Program-made: the position numbers and the translations under genes
Notes under the pieces: generated by a model
Told to the model about the DNA's origin: nothing
The model's database searches: none
Seen by the model: only the letters and a program-made list of their open reading frames with translations
Part shown: positions 51,793 through 60,643 of the stretch, in pieces
Layout: every line of letters starts with the position of its first letter
Numbering within the stretch: position 1 is the first letter of the stretch
NCBI GenBank assembly: GCA_045047305.1
Contig: JASFYO010000082.1
Span: 15,581-79,580, forward strand
Reading direction: 5' to 3'
Source of the DNA: Planctomycetota bacterium
GTDB lineage: Bacteria > Planctomycetota > UBA1135
DNA: 64,000 nucleotides

Positions 51793-53603
51793 TCGCTAAG
51801 TAAATCCAAGCACCACAACGCCATGCCGGTGCCATAACTGCGCCCGAGCTCGTGAGAGTCGATAAAGGCTCCATCGATCTCGGGCAATGCTAGGACCAGT
51901 TCGCGCTGTTGCTGCATAAATTTGGCGCGTTGCTTGCCTTCAGGTAAAGCAACGATGGTTTGCGTGCGCACCAACATGCTGTACCAGAAAAAGAAACCGC
52001 CGTAGGCATACATGTTGGTGTGGTCGTCGTACTTGCGTGCTAAGAATAATGGCTCTTGATCGCGGAAACTGTTGCTGACGGCATGGATCAGATCCTTTTT
52101 CTTAGCTTCTCCCCAAACGAATCGAGCCAACTCGCCAACTGGCGTACGTCCGACACTCGCTTCGATTCGGGAGCTACGATTGCCGAGGTAATAGCTATAC
52201 GCACCCTTCTTCGAGCGAGATTTTTCAAGTGGAATCAATCCGCGCTCCACAATTTTATCAAGATCGGGGTGCGTTACACCGTGCTCCGACGCCTGGAAAA
52301 GCGCGAGCAGGCACGAGGCCGTTACGAAAGGGTTCTCGTATTCGTGAAACCAGGAACCATTCTTTGACTGCATGCCTACCATCGCATCCACGTTATGGAC
52401 TAGAAGTTCATGAATATTCGCTTCATCCCCATCCTGCAACGGACGGTCAAGCAAAGCGCAATAAAGTTGAATGCGATAAAGGTAGACCCAAATCAGTTCA
52501 TCGCGATCTTCTAGGTTGAGGTTCTTATCCGAGGCAAGGAAGCTGAGGGCTTGATCCATTGCTTCCGTTGCCGCATCCTTGCCTAGAAGCCCCCGCGCAT
52601 TGATGGCGGTAATCGCAGCATATACATTGGGCATGCTGTCGGTTCCACCAAAGTCATAGCGACTATCGCGCCAAGCTCCATCCTCCATTTGAGTACGTTG
52701 TAAAAAGGCAACGGCGCGTTGTTCCAGCTCCTCGCGGTCAAAGGTTCCTGCTGGAGCAAGGGTGCCAGAGAAATTGGCTGAGAGAGCTTCGGCGGGGAGC
52801 TCATCGTAACTTTCAAAGCCACGCCAATAAGGTCCATGCCCCTCTAGCTCGAGCGCTGCTTTGGCGGCCATAGGGTGTTCAGGAAATTGGTCTTGCATCT
52901 GTTGCAAGATTTCTCGAGCAGTCGATTCTTTGTGCAAGTCATGCAGGCCGGCGGCGTATAGCCACAGAGCTTCGACTTGCAGTTGTGGAGAAAGGTTTGC
53001 CAGCGCTTCAGAATAAATTTTATCACCCTTGTCGAGGGCTGGGAAAGTGCGATAAAACTGCTCGCAAAGTTCCGGAGAAAGGAGGCCCGGGAAGTTGGAA
53101 GCTACCTTGATTGAGCGCTTAAACTGCGTTTGAAACCACCCCGGATGCATGGTGCTGATGCGGTCGACCCGGAATTGTTCTTTGCCGCTAGAGCTTAGGA
53201 TGAGGATTCCAGGTTCAATAAACTGAACCACCTTGAGGTTGTATTTTTTGCACAGTTTCTGGTCTGCCGCAAGTCGCAGTGGAATGTAATCCTCCTGCAA
53301 CATCTGAATCATTCTCGGCCAGCTAAAAGGGCCGCCCATCATATAGCGGTCAAGCTCGGACTTGCGATCCATAAAGCTACCATCCAAGGTGTGGACGTAC
53401 CAAAAGATAGGCTTATTCGCTTTCTTCGCATCTTGAACTGCGGTCTTCAAATCCGTGCGCCATTCAATTGCAGTACCGACAGAGTTCGCTTGAACGCTAG
53501 GTGCTTCGCGGATTTTTTCTACAGAGTTTTGCGCGAAGGCCCCAGCGGTGCCCACAGTGAAGCATGCTATGCCGTAAAGGACGAGAGAGTGAAGGGAATT
53601 CAT
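51789..53603 (-). CDS. Secreted protein: N-terminal thioredoxin-like domain lacking CxxC, helical linker and prenyltransferase/squalene-oxidase-like repeats
   Basis: Signal peptide; IEWRTDLKTAVQDAKKANKPIFWY; QW-like repeats FLQRTQMEDGAW and MQSKNGSW. Confidence 0.65.
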   Translation of the reverse strand: MNSLHSLVLYGIACFTVGTAGAFAQNSVEKIREAPSVQANSVGTAIEWRTDLKTAVQDAKKANKPIFWYVHTLDGSFMDRKSELDRYMMGGPFSWPRMIQMLQEDYIPLRLAADQKLCKKYNLKVVQFIEPGILILSSSGKEQFRVDRISTMHPGWFQTQFKRSIKVASNFPGLLSPELCEQFYRTFPALDKGDKIYSEALANLSPQLQVEALWLYAAGLHDLHKESTAREILQQMQDQFPEHPMAAKAALELEGHGPYWRGFESYDELPAEALSANFSGTLAPAGTFDREELEQRAVAFLQRTQMEDGAWRDSRYDFGGTDSMPNVYAAITAINARGLLGKDAATEAMDQALSFLASDKNLNLEDRDELIWVYLYRIQLYCALLDRPLQDGDEANIHELLVHNVDAMVGMQSKNGSWFHEYENPFVTASCLLALFQASEHGVTHPDLDKIVERGLIPLEKSRSKKGAYSYYLGNRSSRIEASVGRTPVGELARFVWGEAKKKDLIHAVSNSFRDQEPLFLARKYDDHTNMYAYGGFFFWYSMLVRTQTIVALPEGKQRAKFMQQQRELVLALPEIDGAFIDSHELGRSYGTGMALWCLDLLSD

Positions 53604-53935
53604 TTGGCAAAGTGTTGCTGAAGGATGGCTTTTGCATCATCTAAACCGTCAGCGAATATAGGGTAGTTTAGCTTTTGGGTCTGTGAACAATGCTGTGCTG
53701 TCTGCGCATTGCCTTCGCTGAGGCCGATAACCGAGAATGGCTCTCCGCGAAACTCTTTCTGCATCTTCACGAGATGCGGCACCTCGGCCACACAAGGGCT
53801 TCAGGTGGGGCTGAAAAAGCCTAGCAAGCGCCAATTCATTTGAGGAATCCCAGAGTTGACCAGGACACTGCCGTCGACCAGCATGGTGCCGTCAGCGACT
53901 GCATGAGTGAACAGTAGGGACAAAGGCTTTCGCAT
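53600..53935 (-). CDS. TlpA/thioredoxin-like probable selenoprotein (UxxC), short, possibly truncated
   Basis: ATG 53935 in frame: ..WRLLGFFSPT-TGA(53801-53803)-SPCVAEVPHLVKMQKEF..FSVIGLS..LNYPIFAD. This matches the TlpA pattern FWAxWCxPCxxExPxL. ATGA overlap with the next gene. Confidence 0.7.
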
Positions 53936-54024
53936 AAGCGCATTATCTACCGCTGGGGAGCAAAATTACGGTTAAAGGGAGAGATTCCCATGTGTCGATA
54001 GGGAATGGACTCCGCTTTACCCTC

Positions 54025-56748
54025 ATGCATCGAAGCCTCCTCTTCAAAACTGCCGTGTGGGCCTGCCTTCTCGTAGCAGGTACCGCTTTCATTTCGTGGT
54101 CGGAATGGAATGCTGTCCAAGACCGCATGGACCCCTTGCATCGGAAAGAAGTTTCCGAGGTTTATGCCGCGCTTTGGTCGCGTCAGGAAAGTGAGTGGGA
54201 GCGCCAGGCCGCAGATTTGGTCGGAGATTTTGGGCGCAACCAAACGGTGCAGGACTTGCTGCGCAATCACGATGACGCAGCTCTGCAGAGTGCCTTGAAT
54301 TCCACTTTCGGTGGCAAGGAGCTTGATGCCTCGATCCAGGAGGTGCGCATTATCGACGCCGATGCCAAGCCGATTGCTGCTCTTGTTGGGGCGCGGCCCA
54401 AACCAGGCCAGCCGTTCTTTTTACGCGACGGCTTTGATTTGAGTCAAATCACTCAATCGCAAATTCAGGCTAGCGCATCCGGTGCGCCGGTTTTGCTGCA
54501 GCCCATTACTGACGATGCCCAAACAACTCTTGGGTGGATTGCGGTTGAGGCCGATGTCAGTGCCTTAATCGAACTTTTTGAAGAGCGTATTGGGAATACG
54601 GTGGTGGTGACCACACCGGATGGCAACGTAATCTCATCGGACCCATTGGAATTAAAGCGTCTCCAAATGATGGATTCGGAGCAAGAAGGCATCCAAGAGG
54701 ATTTTGTGCATGGAGGATTCGCGCAAATCTTCCCCTTTGAGGTCTCGACAGGAATTTTAGTCCAAGTCATTGCCGATCGTACTCAGCATGCCCTAGCGCT
54801 ATCTGCCTCAACACGAAGCTACATTATCACCACCGCAGGACTCGCAGTTCTGGTCCTATTTGTTGGATTGTTGGTCATTGGGAGACGTTTAGCCCACATT
54901 CGACGCCTTGCGGCACAAATGGAGAGCTCGATTGAATCCGGTAATTTTAATGCGGAGTTTCAAGACGATGGTAGTGATGAAGTGGGCCAACTGGCATCTT
55001 CCTTCTCTCGGATGTCGGCCCAAATCCGAAGCCAGATAGGGGAGTTGGAGGGGGCCACGCGCACCGCGACCAAAGCAAACCAGGCTAAGAGCGAGTTTTT
55101 GGCCAATATGAGCCATGAAATTCGCACTCCTATGAACGGGGTCATTGGCATGGCAGATTTATTGTGTCAAACCAAGATGAACGAAGAGCAGTCGGACTTT
55201 GCTGAAACGATTCTGCGTTCTGGTCAGGCACTGTTGGTCATCATCAATGATATTCTGGACTTCTCTAAGATTGAAGCTGGAAAGATTGAGTTAGAGTCGG
55301 TTTCGTTTTCCTTAGCAACCCTATTGGAAGACACGGCGGCCTCGCTAAGTTCTAACGCTGCTGCAAAGCAATTAGAGCTCTTGCTCGACATGGAAGATGG
55401 TTTGCCGCAGAAAGTGAAAGGCGATGCCGTGCGCTTACGCCAGATTTTGTCGAACCTGATTGGCAATTCCATCAAGTTCACAGAAAGTGGAGAGGTCGTC
55501 TTGCGCGTGACACAGGCTGAAGCCGGGCGTATCCGTTTTGAAGTGAGTGATACCGGTATTGGTATCCGAGCAGAAGCGCTTGAAAATTTATTCTGCGCCT
55601 TTACCCAAGCAGACGCCTCGACTACGCGACGCTTCGGAGGAACCGGCCTTGGCCTGACAATCTCTCGTCAGTTAACCGAGCTCATGGGTGGCGAGATGGG
55701 CGTCGACAGTGTTTACGGAGAGGGCTCCACCTTCTGGTTCACAGTTCGTTTGGAGGAAGTTCCAGCGGCTTCGGCAGAAGAGAATCAGGACTCTGAAGCC
55801 GATCTTTCCGGGCTGAATGCACTGATTGTGGACGATAACCGTACCAATCTGAAAGTTCTGCGCAAGCAGCTGGAAGGCGTTCATTGCGCTGTTGCGGAAG
55901 CGGATTCCGCTGCTCACGCATGGGAGCTTTTGGAGCAATCCGATGTGAATGGTTGCCGCTTTGATCGCATGGTGGTGGACTATCAGATGCCAGATGAAGA
56001 TGGCATTAGCTTGGCATCGAGAGTGCGTGCCGATGAGCGTTTTGCATCCATAAAGATTGTCCTTCTTTCTTCGGTTTGTGACCGCAGTTTATTCCCGGAT
56101 AACTACCATGAGGTCATCGATGATTCTATGGTGAAGCCTGCGCGGCGCCAGCGTTTGGTCGAGGCTCTGCTACATGATAAACCTGTAGCCGCGGTGTTGA
56201 CGGATTCGAACAAGGAGGCGGTAACGGCCACCGACTCCGAAGCAGTTGAATCGCTACTAGCCCAAGTAGAGTCAGCACTTGCTGTTGAAGCGGAGATCCG
56301 CAATAGCGATATGCCAAATGCGATTGCGAAAGCAAAACCCAAGGCTAGCGTAAAGCAGCAGGGCTTCAAGCCGCTTGCAGGAGTGAATATCCTTCTCGCC
56401 GAGGACAACTTTGTAAACCAAAAAGTGGCGACCAAAATGCTGGAAGGCTTAGGTTGCACGGTCGATGTCGCAGTCAATGGGGCCGATGCCTGTGAGGCCG
56501 TGGCTAACAAGCACTACGATGCGGTGCTGATGGACTGTCAAATGCCAGTGCTCGATGGCTATGGAGCAACTGCAGTCATCCGTAAACGCGAGGCGGGGAA
56601 ATCCCACATTCCGGTGATCGCGATGACGGCTAATGCGATGCAGGGTGACCGCGAAAAATGCCTTTCCGCTGGAATGGATGATTACATCGCAAAGCCAGTG
56701 CACCGTGGCGTTTTGGAAGACGTGCTGAAGCGCTGGTCACAGACTTAG
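54025..56748 (+). CDS. Hybrid histidine kinase (periplasmic sensor, HAMP, HisKA, HATPase, 2 REC)
   Basis: [43 protein letters not shown] and MDCQMP motifs. Confidence 0.93.
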   Translation: MHRSLLFKTAVWACLLVAGTAFISWSEWNAVQDRMDPLHRKEVSEVYAALWSRQESEWERQAADLVGDFGRNQTVQDLLRNHDDAALQSALNSTFGGKELDASIQEVRIIDADAKPIAALVGARPKPGQPFFLRDGFDLSQITQSQIQASASGAPVLLQPITDDAQTTLGWIAVEADVSALIELFEERIGNTVVVTTPDGNVISSDPLELKRLQMMDSEQEGIQEDFVHGGFAQIFPFEVSTGILVQVIADRTQHALALSASTRSYIITTAGLAVLVLFVGLLVIGRRLAHIRRLAAQMESSIESGNFNAEFQDDGSDEVGQLASSFSRMSAQIRSQIGELEGATRTATKANQAKSEFLANMSHEIRTPMNGVIGMADLLCQTKMNEEQSDFAETILRSGQALLVIINDILDFSKIEAGKIELESVSFSLATLLEDTAASLSSNAAAKQLELLLDMEDGLPQKVKGDAVRLRQILSNLIGNSIKFTESGEVVLRVTQAEAGRIRFEVSDTGIGIRAEALENLFCAFTQADASTTRRFGGTGLGLTISRQLTELMGGEMGVDSVYGEGSTFWFTVRLEEVPAASAEENQDSEADLSGLNALIVDDNRTNLKVLRKQLEGVHCAVAEADSAAHAWELLEQSDVNGCRFDRMVVDYQMPDEDGISLASRVRADERFASIKIVLLSSVCDRSLFPDNYHEVIDDSMVKPARRQRLVEALLHDKPVAAVLTDSNKEAVTATDSEAVESLLAQVESALAVEAEIRNSDMPNAIAKAKPKASVKQQGFKPLAGVNILLAEDNFVNQKVATKMLEGLGCTVDVAVNGADACEAVANKHYDAVLMDCQMPVLDGYGATAVIRKREAGKSHIPVIAMTANAMQGDREKCLSAGMDDYIAKPVHRGVLEDVLKRWSQT

Positions 56749-56797
56749 AGCGCAAAGTATTTTCCCAAGTCGCATCTGGGGGTGCTAAATTGCGCGC

Positions 56798-57703
56798 ATG
56801 AACTCTCAGTCTTTACATCCAGTTCTCGGTGCGGTTGTGCTCGCAGGAGTCCTGTCTTTGGCCGCATGTGGTGGTGGCGCCCCAGAGTCCGACAATGCCC
56901 AGAAGACCCTGTTTTTCACAGCGATTCCAGATCACGATTCCACCGAGCTCGAGGCCAAATTTCAGCCTGTGGCAGCCTATCTGAGTGAGCAGCTCGGTGT
57001 GCCAGTGAAGTACATTCCAACTGCGGATTACAGTGCTTCCGTAGAGATGTTCCGCAACGGAGATGTCCAATTGGCGTGGTTTGGTGGCCTGAGTGGGGTG
57101 CAAGCACGCGCTTCTGTGAGCGGTTCTCGGGCGATTGCCCAAGGCAAGTCGGATCCCGAATTCATGTCTTACTTCATCGTCAATGGCGATGTTGAGGTGC
57201 AAAAGTCAGACAGTTTTCCAATGGGCCTTGAAGGAATGAGTTTCACCTTCGGTTCGGCAAAATCTACCTCTGGACGGCTTATGCCGGAGTATTACATCAT
57301 GGAAAACACCGGGCGGTCACCCAAAGAGTTTTTTGGGTCCGAAGCCTCCTTCTCTGGATCGCATGATAAAACGGCCAAGTTGGTAGAAGCCGGAACCTTC
57401 CAAGCCGGCGCGGTGAACTTCAAAACTTATAATCGCATGGTTGCAGAGGGAAAGCTCGATGCCAACAAGTGCCGCGTAGTTTGGGTGACCCCGACTTATC
57501 CTGACTACAACTGGAGTGCGCACCCGTTATTGGATCAAACCTATGGCGAAGATTTCACCAACAAGGTACAAGCTGCTTTGCTGAACATGACCGAGCCCAA
57601 CCTGTTGAAAGCCATCGATCGTGAAGAAGGTCTCATTCCAGCGACCAACGAAGACTTTGAGCCGATTGCCACGCTGGCTTCTAAGCTCGGATTCCTCAAC
57701 TAA
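56798..57703 (+). CDS. PhnD-like ABC substrate-binding lipoprotein, putative selenate-binding subfamily
   Basis: Lipobox LAAC; FTAIPD, QLAWFGGLSGVQAR, STSGRLMPE, FSGSHDKT and TPTYPDYNW, recalled as typical of the TIGR04553-type subfamily. Confidence 0.8.
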   Translation: MNSQSLHPVLGAVVLAGVLSLAACGGGAPESDNAQKTLFFTAIPDHDSTELEAKFQPVAAYLSEQLGVPVKYIPTADYSASVEMFRNGDVQLAWFGGLSGVQARASVSGSRAIAQGKSDPEFMSYFIVNGDVEVQKSDSFPMGLEGMSFTFGSAKSTSGRLMPEYYIMENTGRSPKEFFGSEASFSGSHDKTAKLVEAGTFQAGAVNFKTYNRMVAEGKLDANKCRVVWVTPTYPDYNWSAHPLLDQTYGEDFTNKVQAALLNMTEPNLLKAIDREEGLIPATNEDFEPIATLASKLGFLN

Positions 57704-57721
57704 GCTGCGGTTTCATTGTTC

Positions 57722-58504
57722 ATGGATGATTTACCAGCTGCATTTCGTCTCGAAGGAGTCGATGTTCAGCTTGGTGGCAGACCGGTATTACAAAATCTCA
57801 GCTTGGAGATTCAGGCTGGCGAGCACGTTGCATTAGTTGGTCCGAGTGGTGCCGGAAAAACTAGTCTGTTACGTGCTTTTACTGGCGTGATTGGCCCGCG
57901 TAAGGGAACCGTGGAGGTGGGGGGGGTCCGCCTTGATCAGTTGAAGCCTGAAGGCCTACGTTCTTTACGTGCCAAAATTGGATTTGTGCATCAGGACCAC
58001 TCTCTCGTGCCGAACTTACGCGTGTCGCAAAACGTGGTCGCCGGCCGTCTCGGCCAACGAGGGTTTTGGTCGGCCTTGCGCTCGATGGTTCGCACTCGGT
58101 ACTCGGACCTAGAAGAGGTTCACCGTATTTTGGAACGGGTTGGCATCGGCGATAAGTTGTTTCAACGCACCGACTCGCTCTCTGGTGGTCAACAACAACG
58201 GGTTGCTCTCGCACGAGCTCTTTATCAGCAGCCAAGGTGTTTACTCGCAGATGAACCGGTTGCTTCGGTCGATCCAGCGCGCGCGCGGAGCCTCATTCGC
58301 TTAATGGTGGAGCTGGCGGAGGAGGATGGTTGGACCTTGGTCGTTTCTTTGCACGATCTTGATTTAGCTCGAGAGTTTTTCCCGCGCGTTTTAGGACTAC
58401 GCAATGGAAGAGTGGCTTATGACGGCCCGCCGTCGGAACTTTGTGAAGAGCAAATCAAAGAGCTTTACAATCTAGAGGAAACCGAATCTGTTGCCGATGC
58501 GTGA
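57722..58504 (+). CDS. PhnC-like ABC ATPase
   Basis: GPSGAGKT, LSGGQQQRV, LADEPVASVDP and SLH motifs. Confidence 0.9.
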   Translation: MDDLPAAFRLEGVDVQLGGRPVLQNLSLEIQAGEHVALVGPSGAGKTSLLRAFTGVIGPRKGTVEVGGVRLDQLKPEGLRSLRAKIGFVHQDHSLVPNLRVSQNVVAGRLGQRGFWSALRSMVRTRYSDLEEVHRILERVGIGDKLFQRTDSLSGGQQQRVALARALYQQPRCLLADEPVASVDPARARSLIRLMVELAEEDGWTLVVSLHDLDLAREFFPRVLGLRNGRVAYDGPPSELCEEQIKELYNLEETESVADA

Positions 58505-59345
58505 GCGCACAGCTTTGGGAGGCAGAGTCTTCACCCGGCGTGCACGTATTCTGACTGGAATTGTTGCGGCAGGCTTTTTGGCTTTTTGGGGCTTAGGTTT
58601 AGACCCATCCGGCCTCGTTCCCAAGGGCGATGGAGCGAGTTTGGTGAAAGAGTTTTTTGCCGCCGCAATCCAACCGGCTTGGGATTATGAGCCAGGTGGG
58701 TTTGTCCCAGAGGCCGCACCACCCTTTTTATGGAAGGTAGGTCAAGGCTTGTGGGGGACTTTGGTTTACGCGATTGCTGCGATTTCGGTCTCATTCGTTT
58801 TAGGCCTCGTCCTGGGTGTGTTTGCCTCAGAAAGTTTCTGGGCCACGCGTAATAAAGGTTGGGGTGTATTGCGTTGGAGTCTTCGTTTTTTTCTTACCGC
58901 AATGCGTTCCGTTCATGAATTGCTGTGGGCGCTCTTGCTGCTGGCGGCACTCGGCCTCAGTCCCGCAGCCGCGGTTTTGGCCATATTAATTCCCTACACG
59001 GGAACGCTCGCCAAAGTGTTTTCCGAAATGCTGGACGAGGTCGACGCCACCCCTTCGCACGCACTTAGTCAAATAGGCGTCACCCAAAGCCGCGTCTTTC
59101 TATTTTCACGCCTGCCTCGTGCCCTTCCCGACATCGCGGCTTACACCTTCTACCGCTTTGAATGTGCAGTACGTTCGTCGGCGGTGCTTGGCTTCTTTGG
59201 CTTCACCACCATTGGGCTTTACCTCAAGCAATCTTTCGAGAACCTGCATTACCACGAGGTCTGGACTTATCTTTACGGATTGATCCTCGTGGTTTTAGTC
59301 CTGGAAGCCTGGAGTTCACAGTTACGGCGGAGGTTTGTGGTTTGA
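58497..59345 (+). CDS. PhnE-like ABC permease
   Basis: RSVHELLWALL and YTFYRFECAVRSSAVLG motifs. Confidence 0.88.
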   Translation: MRERTALGGRVFTRRARILTGIVAAGFLAFWGLGLDPSGLVPKGDGASLVKEFFAAAIQPAWDYEPGGFVPEAAPPFLWKVGQGLWGTLVYAIAAISVSFVLGLVLGVFASESFWATRNKGWGVLRWSLRFFLTAMRSVHELLWALLLLAALGLSPAAAVLAILIPYTGTLAKVFSEMLDEVDATPSHALSQIGVTQSRVFLFSRLPRALPDIAAYTFYRFECAVRSSAVLGFFGFTTIGLYLKQSFENLHYHEVWTYLYGLILVVLVLEAWSSQLRRRFVV

Positions 59346-60256
59346 GTGCATCCACCGGCCAAGTACGCAAGCTTTGGGAAGAGCGTCCGAAGAGCAAATT
59401 GCTGTGGGTCTCCAGCTGGGTGGTGTTGGGCATGATTGTTATGGCCTGGGGCTTGTCGGATATCGACTTCGGCGATTTATTCAGTGCTAGGCGTATGGAA
59501 AATCTAGAAAGGTTTTGCATGCGCGCCCTGCCCGACCCCTTACGCGAAGATGGGAGCGGCGAATCGCTAAGTGCATGGGTTGGAAATCAAATGACTCTTT
59601 ATGGCTGGCGCGGCATGGCAACCACCCTTGGAATCTCGGTGATGGCCATCGTGATGGCTGGAACCATTGGCGCGTTCCTGGGTGCATTCGGTGCTCGTAA
59701 TCTCATGAGTGCACACCCGTTTGTACCTCATGCAACCGCTGGACATGGCGCATGTAGTCATGCCCTGGATCGAGTCGGCCAAGCGTTTCGGATTCTTTGC
59801 ATCCTGTTGCGCGCGATTCCGGAATATATTTGGGCCTATCTCCTGCTTGCCATGTTGGGCGCAAGCGCGTGGCCGGCAATCATTGCCTTGGCCATTCATA
59901 ACTCTGGCATCTTAGGTCGCCTTGGTGGGGAGACTATCGAAAACTTACCTGCGGAGCCCTTACGCGCTATGTCGATGGCAGGCGCAACACGAAAAGAAAT
60001 CGCGGTTGCTGGAGTCTTCCCTATGGCGCTCGGGCGCTATCTGCTGTATTTCTTCTATCGCTTTGAAACTTGCGTCCGCGAAGCCACAGTACTAGGTATG
60101 TTGGGCATAGTTTCCCTTGGTTATTTCATTTTTGAAGCCCGCGCGCATGATCAATACGATGAACTGATATTCCTCGTTTTGCTTGGCGGCGTCTTGGTGA
60201 TGCTTGCCGACATCCTTTCCGACCTTGCTCGTCGGTGGTTACGCCGCAGCATGTAG
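59342..60256 (+). CDS. PhnE-like ABC permease (second)
   Basis: RAIPEYIWAY, HNSGILGRL and YRFETCVREATVLG motifs; start placed at TTG 59342, overlapping the previous stop. Confidence 0.85.
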   Translation: MSASTGQVRKLWEERPKSKLLWVSSWVVLGMIVMAWGLSDIDFGDLFSARRMENLERFCMRALPDPLREDGSGESLSAWVGNQMTLYGWRGMATTLGISVMAIVMAGTIGAFLGAFGARNLMSAHPFVPHATAGHGACSHALDRVGQAFRILCILLRAIPEYIWAYLLLAMLGASAWPAIIALAIHNSGILGRLGGETIENLPAEPLRAMSMAGATRKEIAVAGVFPMALGRYLLYFFYRFETCVREATVLGMLGIVSLGYFIFEARAHDQYDELIFLVLLGGVLVMLADILSDLARRWLRRSM

Positions 60257-60265
60257 GATGCGCGC

Positions 60266-60634
60266 ATGAGTTTGAAAGGCATCCGCTTTGTCGCTGTTAC
60301 CCCCGACGCTGATTCCTTGGTGGAATTTTTCGGCCTCGGACTTGGCTTACCCTGCGTTGCGAAACCGCTACAAGCCGATGATCCGGACTCTCCTCAGGGG
60401 GGCCTCTTCCATGCAGGCGATAGCCGAGTCGAAATTTGGCCGGAGGGTGAGGGAATGCCTCCAGGGATCATGCTTCAATTGGAAGTCGAAGATGCCGATG
60501 CGGTTGCCGAGCACGCGCGTACTCAAGGCCTAAATCCGAAGGGTCCAATGGAAGCGCATGGCGAGCGCATTTATTACCTGCTCGCTCCAGGTGGACTGGC
60601 CATGACCTTTCAATCGAAGGTCACGGCCGAGTAA
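60266..60634 (+). CDS. VOC/glyoxalase family protein
   Basis: FFGLGLGL, LEVEDADAV and HGERIYY..APGG motifs. Confidence 0.8.
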   Translation: MSLKGIRFVAVTPDADSLVEFFGLGLGLPCVAKPLQADDPDSPQGGLFHAGDSRVEIWPEGEGMPPGIMLQLEVEDADAVAEHARTQGLNPKGPMEAHGERIYYLLAPGGLAMTFQSKVTAE

Positions 60635-60643
60635 GCAGGCTGT

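Noticed and set aside
11395..53803. Genome-wide UGA reassignment (code 4/25) as the explanation for in-frame TGAs
   Set aside because: Many genes end in TGA with ATGA overlaps (e.g. 9212, 30596, 36377, 38791, 46711), Trp is encoded by TGG, and the in-frame TGAs fall only at CxxC-type Cys positions.
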